Source: Raillietiella orientalis (taxonomy: Eukaryota). Taken from it: 64,000 bases of DNA. The notes beneath the pieces are model-generated. The model was given only the letters and a program-made list of their open reading frames with translations, was not told the DNA's origin and did not search any database. The first letter of the stretch is position 1, and every line of letters starts with the position of its first letter. The position numbers were made by a program, and so were the translations under genes. The stretch covers positions 4,650,001-4,714,000 of the forward strand of contig JAYWIR010000003.1 in NCBI GenBank assembly GCA_036172245.1. Direction: 5' to 3'. Positions 1 to 11,329 of this stretch are shown here, one piece after another.

Positions 1-703
1 ATTTTTAAAGGAGCATGCCACATGTAATAAGATGTTAAAAGTGAAAGTTTTTTTATTTCTTTCCGTTGAGTCACGGATCATTGCCTAATTATGTTTATCA
101 CCAAACAATTCTACTTCATATTTCATTATCGTTAAATGCTGGTTTCAGTTTAGTTGCAAACATTTGTGTCAGCTAAAGCAAGTTGCTGTTGAAACTGGAA
201 TTGTATGCCCTTTCTCAGTTTTTGTTCTCGTTTTTTAAGAATTGTGCAAAAGCAAGCAAATTTTAGCACAGTGTCACTTAAAAAATCAAAAAGTAGCATA
301 CAATTGACTACTTGTTTGATTTTCAATAAGTCAACTACACGCATGTTTGCAACTCTCAACCATAGTAAAATATTGTTTAATGATCATTGGTAATAATGCA
401 AAAATTTGATTATTTGATCCCTAGCACCGAGATTAAGAAAAAGTGCTGCAAGGATGTATTTTTGAACTTATTTCATCTTTGTTTTACATAAATTTAGTTG
501 GCTGTGGTGAATGCAATTTCATGTGAGAAATTCGCTTATGATTGTTTGCACTTAAAATGTACGTTTTTAGTAGTCAAAATATTGAATTAATTCTTATAAT
601 ATGAAAGCCAAGTACTGTTTCAAAAATAGGTGTGACAAAGATGTGTAGATCCATTGTTTTAGGAGTTGTTGTGTCTGATTCAAGTCTTACTGTGCTCTTC
701 CAG

Positions 704-1230
704 GATATGTGATATATCGGATTCGTGTAAGGCGTGGTGGTCGTAAGAAGCAAGTTCCCAAGGGATGCACCTATAGCAAGCCTAAGCATCATGGAGTTAA
801 CCAGTTAAAGCCTGTGAGAAACCTGCAAGCTGTTGCTGAGGTAATGCATAAGCACGTATGAAAATTTGCTCATGCTTATCCAGGAACGAGTGGGTCGTCG
901 ATGTGGAGCATTAAGGGTGCTGAATTCATACTGGGTTGGTCAGGATTCCACATACAAATATTACGAAGTTATTCTGATTGATCCATTCCACAAGGTAGAG
1001 TAGAAGAAAATTTCTTGCTGATGATGTTTTTGCAGACGATTCGCCGTGACCCCAATTCTCAATGGATCTGTAAGCCTGTTCACAAACATCGGGAAATGCG
1101 AGGGAAGACCTCTGCTGGTAGAAAATCGAGGGGGCTTGGTAAGGGTCATCGCTACAGTCAAACTATTGGTGGTTCAAGAAGGGCTGCCTGGAAGAGACGC
1201 AATACATTGTCACTGCGCAGAAAGCGCTAA
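704..1230 (+). CDS. RPL15: 60S ribosomal protein L15 (eL15), 3' exons only; 5' coding exons lie upstream of the window
   Basis: Exons 704-840, 884-994 and 1036-1230 with GT-AG introns of 43 and 41 nt. They splice to [147 protein letters not shown], which is unmistakable eL15. Confidence 0.98.
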
Positions 1231-3437
1231 GTGCTGGTTAAAAAAAATAATTATGATTCTTAGTTCTACTCATTTGCAGAGCATCTACGATGCATCTTTT
1301 ACCTTAAATTGGGAATTGGAATTGTTTGGGGGGAGAACATCATGACCAGAGTGATTTGGGCATTCGTGTTTAAGCATTTTGCATCATCTGAGCAATGCTA
1401 CTGCCCATGCAAATATGTCGTTATGAAATTGTTTTAGGAGTGGAGTTTGAAGAGCTATTCATTATGTTGAAGTTAGAGGAATTCATCTTTAAACCATAAG
1501 GCTAATAATATGGGTGAATGAAGTAATGTTTTTTGGGTAGTAATGTAAGGAAACGCGTTCATAAAACAAGTAGTTCATAAAACGTGCAAATTGTAAAAAT
1601 CATTTGGAAGGATATTTTTTTTTCATTACTGTAAGGGAATGTGAGGCAGGCTAAGGATTGGAATAGTTTTGTGCAGACTTGAAAGCTGCATCACACACAA
1701 ATCGTTTGTGACATTTGTGACTGCATCATTACAGGCAATCAAAAATGGGGAAGTGTGTTCTAAAGTGCAGGAGTTGTTACTCCTGCGCTCATCGTGTTGA
1801 GTATGTGAGAAAACTTTTTTAAAAAGTTACGCGGAGTGTGTGGCTGAAAATGAGCATTTTTTTTCCAAAAAGATGTTGACTGTTCCTTACACCGTAAAAT
1901 TCCAACAAATTCGAAGAGTTCCATCATCACCGTCAGACTCTTTCCCATCGCCCTTGCTGTTTACCGTGCCCTGATCAATTTGAAAGTGGTTTAGCATGCT
2001 CCAGATTCGCACCATCTCCATCGTGGTGTGTGACCGAAGTTTAGGTGAAACTTAGTGAATTCCCCCGAAATGTATCCTCAAGGCGTCATTTCGCTAATGT
2101 CAGATGCAAGTGTCCAAGTGAAAAATTCTTATCGTTGCTGATAAGGGGGCCTTCGGATGCGAGCTCTGCAGCAGAGGGTGCTCAGTGCCATACCCCAAAT
2201 CAAGTGACCCCCATTGATATCTTGCTGCAAACTCCTGCACCAGTTGGGCAAAAAGAGTGCAACCGATCATCAAAGCTTTCGTAGGTTGTGTGATTTAGTG
2301 GAAGGGTTCCAACAAATGTGTCAGCCGCGTACATCGAGAGAAGTGTCGGCAGTAAGGAAGGCGACCTCGAAGTGGGGAACGGGAAGAGCGCCATGATACT
2401 CGAAAGATGACCGATGTTCAGCCTGCTGCTGCAGCGCACCGAATCAGGAAGCATCCTCTCGTTTCCATTAGCAACGAACTGCCCGACCTGTTGATGAGGA
2501 ATATGACCGGTCGGAACGGTGAAGCCTGAGAAGGTTTAGAAACGGAGTTAGATTTCAGAAAGAGTTCAAGGTACCACGGGGGGGGGGGGAGGGTATGGAG
2601 GCAAGGAGCAAGGAGGCAAGCTTTGCTTGGTCAATTCGTTGCGCGTTGGGACCTTCAAAAAGAATGGAAAGCTGAGAATCTGGAATAAGAATGCTGATGG
2701 CTTCCGCGGTTCCATGAGGTTCCCTCTCACATGTCTGTTTCAAAAGTGGGTTGTCGACACAAGTGATTGCTCGAGGCGATCTGTGTACGGCTCTGAAAGA
2801 CTGGATGTGCATGTGGCAGCCACAATGAAGTGGAGGGCCAGGTGAACGCGTGGGAGTCATCTGCTTTCTTTGCTTTCACTGCAAAGCCATGACTTGCCTA
2901 TTACGAATCTCATGCTGCAATCTACGTGGCAGGGGGATTTCAGTTTTCTGTTTTTTTGCAATGCCCGCATGTAAATTTTTCCCGGGCTGCCTTTAGTAAA
3001 ATCCATTCTCTTTCAAATATATTATGACTTCAATCGGAATCCAATCCTACTATTTCCGGATTTCGTTTGTAAACTCGTGTACCATTATCACACGTCCCCT
3101 CATAGGCGCGTCTCGGTATTTGCGATTCTCGCAGGCATCGTTCTCTCTGAAGACTCTTGAAAGGTGTCCTCCACTCCACCGTTTGGAGAGCGAAGGTTCT
3201 GTTATACCGGAAGTACGTATCCCATTTTCTGTATCACAGCAAAGCATCAGCAGTTGTACTCAATTTCGTCTTGAGAAAGGCAACCATGGCTGCGTAACAC
3301 ACGCTGTCTCTCATTATTCTGACGCGAAATGCCTCAGTAGCTGCAGGTGGAGTCCATAAAATCATCTCATCTCCTTGCACAGGATTTGACACTGGTTTGG
3401 TTTGGGTTACGCTGACTAGCCAAGCAAAACAGAGCAT

Positions 3438-5088
3438 TCAAACTGCACATCTAAAGTTCAGATGAGACTTCCGCACGAAATGTTTCCTAGAGAAATGGGG
3501 GGGGAGGGAGGGGGAGAGAGAGAGAAAAAAATGGACTTGATTACACATGAAAACACTGCAACTGTTAACTTGTAGCAATGTGCCAACACCGCAAGATGCT
3601 GTTTGTGTTCTGTGAGTGTGCCTTTTTCATTCCTAGAAGATGGAAGGTTTCCGTCTTTCATCCTTGCTCTTAAAAGGCAATAAAAGCAACAGGTATTTGT
3701 GACGAGCTTGGCGCTGCTGCTTTAGGCGCAAAAGAAAAGACGTGACGCGTTCCTCTCAGGGCTCAGCGTTTCCGTCATCTCAAGCATCTAACAGCACAGC
3801 CGGATGGCAGAGATGATGCCACCCCGAAAAGCGTCTCACTGCGCAAAGCCGATATCTGCATCCGTCTCAGCACTAATTTTTGGTTTGCCTAACGGCCTTC
3901 AACGCGAAGACCACGTTTCCGTGCGACGGAGGAGCTTCAGCACGAAGAAGTACTTACAGCGAATCGCAACCCGAATTTGCATCCTACCACAGCTTTCACG
4001 TTTGCGTGGCCACAAACACACACACACACGGCCTCATCCAGAGTTGGCAAAGCGGGGAATCGCGGAAGGCATCACGGCATCTCACGAGTACGGCAGCGAA
4101 ATGTTTCCGTACTCCTTCAGGGCTTGAGGCTTCAGGGCAGCTGGCCACTGGACCTCCGGTTGCTGACAAAGTCACGGCTAGGAAAAGAGATGGAGGAAAC
4201 CCTTTGCCAAGACAACGCGGTACGGAAAACCCTTCAGCAGAGTTGCATCAGGAGGCACGGTGTGTTTGTGTACCGTTGTTGTTGTTGTTTTGCTTTTTCT
4301 TTATACGTTAAAAAAAAAAAAAAAAAAAGTACCTACTTCCTTTTCCTGTTTCCTTTTCCCATGTACACGCAACTCAGTCCTTCTTCGCAAGGACACAACT
4401 CATTGAAAGTGAACTCCAGCCCGCCCTCGGGGACATAGCAGCGTTGTCCGAGGAGCAGCTTCTTCTGACAGACTTTTTCTCCGTGTTCCCTGGCGCAGCA
4501 CATGGAAGGGAGGCAGTCTGAAGACTCCTGGCATCTGGCACCTGTTGTTGTTGTTTTTTGGGGGAAGGGACGGGGTGGGGAGGACTAGCAGTTAGTTTCC
4601 CTCCTTCTCGCTGTGTCACTCGCCTTCCGATCCCGGAGGGATGACCTTTCTGCACAGACCGTACACGCATTCGGAGCCCGATTTGCATTGCGAGTCAGAT
4701 CGGCACAGGTCAAGGTCTTCTTTCTGAGGCAAACAAATGTGGTAGTGGTCATCGCAGAAATGTCCGGATGGGCATTCTTCTGTGAGCGTGCATTCCTGGA
4801 AGAGCAAAGAGGGATGGCAATGAGGTGAGCATTTCGGCCGATGGTTGGGGAGGTCCCCGTTGCAACGCTGACGAAGACACCTGCGTCCCGGGTGTGGGTG
4901 AGAGGGAGGAAACTCACTCAAACCAAACCCACCTGCTCGGTGATCTCTCTGACCGTGTAGTACCACGATCCCCACGCTTCTCTTTTGCGAGTGCTCACCG
5001 ACAAACCACTCCACGCGATGTTGAACATCTGGCAGTTGACGATCCCGGTCAAGAGCACAACGACACCGCACGAGAGGGCCATCGGCAT
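3438..5088 (-). CDS. DKK3: Dickkopf-3-like secreted cysteine-rich protein (signal peptide, Dkk N-terminal CRD, colipase-fold CRD), 193 aa
   Basis: Exons 5088-4933, 4795-4624, 4541-4337 and 3486-3438 total 582 nt in frame. Signal-peptide-like start MPMALSCGVVVLLTGIVNC. CRD1 is ECTLTEECPSGHFCDDHYHICLPQKEDLDLCRSDSQCKSGSECVYGLC. CRD2 is GARCQESSDCLPSMCCAREHGEKVCQKKLLLGQRCYVPEGGLEFTFNELCPCEEGLSC...NFRCAV* (10 Cys). The intron at 4623-4542 needs a GC donor (AAG/GCGAGT). The family call comes from recalled Dkk3 cysteine spacing; first and last exons are less certain than the two middle ones. Confidence 0.85.
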
Positions 5089-7294
5089 CCAGTTGCGTTC
5101 CTGCGAACCGTGGGGGAACAGCTGATGCTTCCATCTCTGCTTGAGCCTATTTCAAATGTGCACTTGGCCCTGGAGGAATCTTACCAGGCGACTTCTATCA
5201 TCAGATAAAATCCCTAATCGTTCAACGACTTGTCACTTGGGCAGAAAGAATTATCGTAGGCACACGCCTAATTGAACCCGAAGCTATTAGGATTGCTGGA
5301 ATGCTGCAGTGGAAGAGGACGCAACACTCGAGGGTGGTAGTCCCCATCTTCCCATTGTCTTTCCTACGTCGGGTGATTGTTTCCTCAAGTTGTGGTGACG
5401 GCGTGACACATCGCAGACAGCTCGCTGCTTCCCGAGCGAGAAAGAAATTAGCGTGGTAGCTGTATGCCCTCCGAAGGGCACCTACGGGCGTCTTCCGTGT
5501 CGTTCATCTGGCTGAAAGCGTCTCGATGAAAAAGTACCAGGGATGGGTTTGGGTAACAGCAATTTCCTCTTCCTCTTATCCTGCACGAGCCGGAACAAGC
5601 ACTTGGGTTTCACCCGAGCCGAGAAAATCAACACGCACTCGCTGTAGGCAGCCATGGCGTCCATTCCGCTCTACTTTGAAAAGATAAACGAATAGTGATC
5701 AACGCAGGGTGCAGATGAGCGACTTATCCCTCGTGAATTTCGCTTTCCGTGTCTCCTTCTTACATGCGATTAACGAATTGCTCACAGGGTTACCAAGCAA
5801 CAACAACAAAAAAAAAAAAAACAGCACGCACCCACACACATCCGCTAGTCCCCAAAGAATTTTCACGAAACGCGTAAAAACAAACGGAGCGAGATGATCG
5901 AAGGCGAAAAAGGTGGGCGTACTTTGCGGATGCCTGTGATGGAACGCAAGTGCTGCGATTTTCTGGATGCTCACACAGGTTTCCCGACCAGTCCGAACAT
6001 AAATAACGAATCTTAGGGACGTATACTACCCAATAAGAATGACGGCCGTTTGCATAGGTAGCGACCGCTCGCAAATAAAACGGTCCTCACAGGAATCGCA
6101 TTCCAGAGCTTGGTTCCATGCATTTCGTAACTTAACTTATACTAAGGCATCTGAACGCATCCAATCCAAGCTGATCATTTGCTACTCACGTCTGCACTCG
6201 CGGAAGAGTGGCCCCATTTTTCTCTTTCTCGAGTAATTAAGGAAACTCCGAGTGCCAAAGAGGTGATGAGTGTGGTCTAAAGAATGACCTTGGAAGGCAT
6301 TGGCTGTACCTGGTTTCCGGTTTTGTCTAGTCACCATTTCGCGACGAAGAAGCGGCAAGCAGAGGATCGTCCCATTGAAGTTCCAAGACGCAGATCAGTC
6401 AGACCGTCGTGAGCTTGCAACTCAGAATCCATGCTCCGAGAGGAGGGTAAATTGATCAGAGATCTGGGACCCGGACCCGCTGGAAATCAGAGTTTTATAT
6501 TCGTTCTTCAAAGCTTCCGATGTGTCCGCAAAGAGCAGCACAGGAGCCACGGACTCTTCAAAATCGAAACCCCGCCATTAGTGGATGAACGGTTCCGCAA
6601 TCAATTCTCACCCAAACGCGGAGGAAGATGAACAGGAAGACATGAAACGGAGGAACAGCGTGGTTCAGGTCCTCCGTGCTGTCTGCTCAGAAACTTTGCC
6701 TCCCGGAGAGCATCTCTCTTCGAATGCTTCACTTCAGTCTCGGTGGTAAACGAAAAAAGAAGAGCAATTCTTCGCCAGTCGCTGAAAAGGTTCGAACTGC
6801 TGCTGGTCGTAGTTGGCTTCCTTGCCAACAGCAATAGGGGCAACTCAGAACGTTGCCCGAGCCCCAGCGATGTTTCGGATTTTCGCAGAAAATGATAACA
6901 CAACCATCACAAATACGCACTCATCTTCCAGCATAAGGATCTCGGTCGTTTGCTTACGCTCCTGGGAGCCTCAAAATGGGAGCTCAGAAGGATTGCATTT
7001 TCAAGAAAGCTGCTGTGTGTTCATCAGTCTCGCGTCGGCTGCACCGCGAGTGACCAAAGGACGTTTAAAATGAGTCCCACTGCTTGAACATTCCAGGCGG
7101 CTCCAAAAAATTACTAAAATACAATGATAACTGAGGTCTATAAATCGTTGAACGGTTTATGAAATTTTTATAAGATGTAGAAGGGCGAAACAGCATCCAC
7201 GATTCATTTCCTCATCTCTGTTCAGTGCACGGAGTGACATCCTTAAAACCTTCAATGTGGGCATCGACATCTACGAAAGTGAACCTTCTTTTTT

Positions 7295-7329
<35 letters not shown>

Positions 7330-7862
7330 AGATCAATGGTTGTGAGGAGATGGGAATTAATTTTCTTCTAAGAAACATCATGTCTCTTGGAAATTTTAAT
7401 GCGTCTTGAAGTAATCCTCGGTGCATTATAGATTTATTCATCCATTTAATGGGTGGGCAGACACTCGCTTGCCAAGACTGCCACATTAATGTGGCACTTA
7501 ATGAGCCCAACCTGCTTTGGATTTGGGAGATGACTCTGGGAGAAACACTGGCGACGTATGAATGATGTGCACTCGAGAAATGGACAGCTTTGACATTGGG
7601 ATCCAACTCGTCTAGACTCTCGGAACAAATGTGCAGGTGGATAATTATTCGATCGAAACAACCAGCCAAGTAGATTTCTGGCTTAGGGGCTTTCTGAGAG
7701 ATAGACCATTATGCTACTGTTTGTAATTTGATGCTGCGTTGCCATGGGGAACGTTGACAGGAAAATTGAATGCACGTGGAGCCTTTTTGTCACATCCATT
7801 GGGGAACACAACGCTGCTAAGTGACGTTAGAAATGAAGTCGTTCAAAAGCATCGTTTTCTTC

Positions 7863-7884
7863 AGAGAGAGAGAGAGAGAGAGAG
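7863..7884. repeat. (AG)n microsatellite
   Basis: Visible dinucleotide run. Confidence 0.95.
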
Positions 7885-10800
7885 AAAAGAAAAAGAAAAA
7901 AAAAAAATCTCTTGCCCCTGGAGTGTTTCTTCCCCAGAAGTGTGACAAACAAAAATTAGCAGCGTTTAAAGTGAATTTTCTAGCCCAAGAGGCAGCCATT
8001 CCATTGCACTACTAGAGGAAGAACAAGAAGAGGAAAAAAAGGAAACCCAAGGTTGACTGCCAAGCTGCATGGAAACCTTAATGCTGTGGACGGTTCCCTT
8101 TATATTTTCGTAGGGATCTCTGGGAAGTGGCAGTTCATCCGCATGGAAGGTTGAACGTTTGTCAAATCTCGGGAAAACTCTCGTCGATTTAATGTGGTGG
8201 CAGCTTCATCTGATGGTCGCCTCTCCATGGAAACAAAGTGCAAACGATCAGTCGGCAAAGGAAGCTTTCCGTCAAACGCCTGTAGCAAAACGAAAAAAAT
8301 TTGCACAACCATCAAAGAAAAATGTTCACAGTCAAATAGTGACGGTCGCAAGCCAAGGGGAAAAAAAATCGTAATGCGAGAGCATCGGAGTGCGCTTCAC
8401 AAGGTGGCTGCTTCCGTATCGATACGGGAAGGGGCAAACCGAAGGGCCATCCCGGACGTCCAGCGGTTGGCTCCGGATGGACCGCTGATCAGTGCTGGCT
8501 AAGCTGACCGAATGATCTTGGCTATCCTCTCTCCTCGCTCATTCTCAGCTCAGAAGAAAAGGAGGTATGTGGTTCCCCTCACCCCCCCCGCCTCGACCCT
8601 CTTCTCGATATACTTCGTCTCGAGAACGGTCGCCCATAGAAGCGCGTGAGATGGCCTCGCGCGTGACAAGACATGGACCCCTTCCACCCCGCTATTGTGA
8701 CCCAAGAACCTATGCTGGACCCACGGAAAAAAGGTATGGGAGCCACGATCGATGTCGGCAGCCCTCTCGGGGGCATCTGCACGAAGGACTGTGTAGGGAA
8801 GGGGAGGGGGGTGAGACATGCCTTGGTAGGCTCATGGCAGCAGCTAAGGAGGTGGACACGCTTCTGTGCAAAAAAGAACATCGTCCACGGAAGATTGCAC
8901 ATGCCGTTTCTGTGTCTTCATACCCTCTGTACGCGCGTTTCTCGGAAGTCGCAGCAATGGGAATTCTGTCCCATGTAGCAGTGATGAAACGATGGGACGG
9001 GACAGTTCCGGAACTGCTCCAGATATCTCCTATCGCTTCTCGGCCTTTTGGCTAAGATCAAAGTGTCTTCTGAGGCAATCCTTGTTTTGCTCTCCATATT
9101 GGCGTGGGCTTCTGGGGAAAGTCCTTCACCCTTCTCTCCCTTATTTTGAAACGAACCCTCTCTGTGCTCCTGTCCTCTGCCGTCGTGACTGAGTGCCCTC
9201 TTGGAAGAGGCTAAGCATGGAGATCCCTGGATCAGTTTCCTTCTCGCGTGGCAGGCACGTGTGCATTTCGTGCTCGAGAGCCCTTGCGACCGCCCGTCGC
9301 TCGACGGAGGGCGACGCTCGACGTCTCCAGGAGGCGAAGCCAGTGATGAAAGCGATTGTGGCAGAGGAGAGAGGGAAGCAAAGAATCTCAACTCTCTCGT
9401 CGTCCGCTTCATTTTCTACTTAGAATCTTACTTCCTTGTCCTTTTTCTCATCCTCGGAGGAGGAAGTTCGTGTCGCCCATCCTGTCCTCCTGTTGGGGAG
9501 GGGGATTGGGAAGCGAGACCTCTGGGATAGAAAAGCGCGGCAACAGAAAGGGACCCGACACAAGGGAGGAATGCGCGAGTGCCTGAAGACGAAATGCAGG
9601 TGGAAGGAAGAGGGGGAGGGAGGGAAGGTGGCAAGAAGGAGGAGGGAACGGCGAAGACCAGGTGAAGGGAAGGGCTTCAAGAAATCGCAGATATCGCGGT
9701 AGGCTGAGGATAGCGCGCACTCTCTCCGGCAGAGATGACTGCCTATGGGAGAGAGGGTGGATGATGAGGGTGGTGATTGAGAAAAGAGGGTAGACGACGT
9801 AGGCAAGGGGAGCACTCTCTTTCTTCTCAGGGAGTCTGGAGACCTAGGGGGGGCTCTCAACTGGAAAAGAAGGGCTGTGAGAAACGAACCTTTAGGGTTC
9901 GTTGAGAAGGAAAGAGTCAAAAATTTTCTTCGCAGCGGGGGACTCACTCAGCTCCTCGGGGCAGCTGCAGCTGAACATCTCGCAACTGTCCACGCGGTGT
10001 TGACTGTCGCGCGACAGATGTGGCCGGTCTGCGTGCTCTTCGGAGAGCGAGGGGGAAGAAGTCCTTCCAGAGGGGTGGCCGTCTCTCACTACCTGTCGGC
10101 CTTCTCCGCTCGGGAAGCAGTTCGGCCGAGAAGGGGAGAGGTCTTGCTTTCAGAATAGGAGAGGTCCGCTATCCTGCTCTCCTCGCATTTCTCCTCCTCC
10201 CCTCCTCCTTCCGCTTTTCAAGCGAGAGTGGTGGAGAAGCGCAGCCTGCGAAGTGCACGCTTGTCCCTTCTCTCCCCTATCCTGCAGCATTCCTTACAAG
10301 CTCTTACTCTCGGTAACGCGCTTAGCAGCCGGGTCTCGCCTCCACGGATGTCCCGGCATGAACGTCTGCACGTTGCTAGGCAGGCTTTAGGGAGCTAATG
10401 GAAACAACATCTGATGTGCCTCCCTCGCTGCCGCCCCGCTCCACATCCATTTTGGGTGATAGGGATGGCAAAAATGAACCGGAGGGATTCCTTGCTCTTC
10501 ACTCTGGGAGGTCCGGAGCGCGGAACGATGATCCGACTTCCGAGGCCCCAGACAGGTTTCTAGAACGAAGATCCGGAATGGTCGGAGTGGAAGAGACCCA
10601 CTGTATGGGTGTTTGGTTGTTGTCTCTCGCAGCAGTGCTGTCAGGAGTCCCGATAGGGAGCCCGGTGAATCCCGGGAAGCGACTCCGGCGCACTACTTCT
10701 GGGAAACTCGTAAGGTCTCCGCCCGTTCCAACTGAGAGATGGGTTGGAGGAAGGAGACACACAGACAGAGGACGAACGATTTGAATGGGGCTGTGGCAGG

Positions 10801-11329
10801 AGGGAGGTTCAATTATGAACACCTCCAGGACGCCCTATCAGCAAATTCAGTTTTTATTCTTTCTCAACTTTTCCGTGAGAACCATGGCGATTCGAAGGTA
10901 ATGCCGTTGCCATTCCCTGGTGCCTTGCCAGCAGGCGGCACGTTGGATCGTTTGCTGCATGTGTGAAGGAGGCTTGTCGGGAGAGGCGCTTTTGTCTATT
11001 CGATGTAACACGGGAGGGACCAGCCCCATCCGAAGAAAGCCCATTTTTCAGAGGTCCTCATCCTCCCCTTCTTGGGGTTTTATCTTGTCTTCGGGAGCAC
11101 CTGCCACGACCACGAGACTCTTCGTTTCATTCGTGAGAGATTCATCCTGCTTCTTCTAAGAGTCTTCTCTCAAATTTCCGGGAGGCGGATCTTGGAGTCT
11201 AACCAGGTAATCTGACGGGAGAGACGTGCTATCCCAGAGTAGTTGAGCAGGGAAATGAAAAATAGATAGAATAGAATGAGTCAGACGGAAACAAATCCTG
11301 CATACCATCGGACTTCTGGCAGTCGATAG

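Noticed and set aside
240..435. H/ACA-like (hairpin plus ACA ~345) and C/D-like (ATGATCA..CCGA) patterns in the RPL15 intron
   Set aside because: Boxes are degenerate, the first hairpin is poor, and I could not identify a convincing rRNA antisense element.
4616..5134. 172-aa ORF taken as a single-exon protein
   Set aside because: Only its last third is the real Dkk exon. The upstream part reads through an intron and the wrong frame of exon 1.
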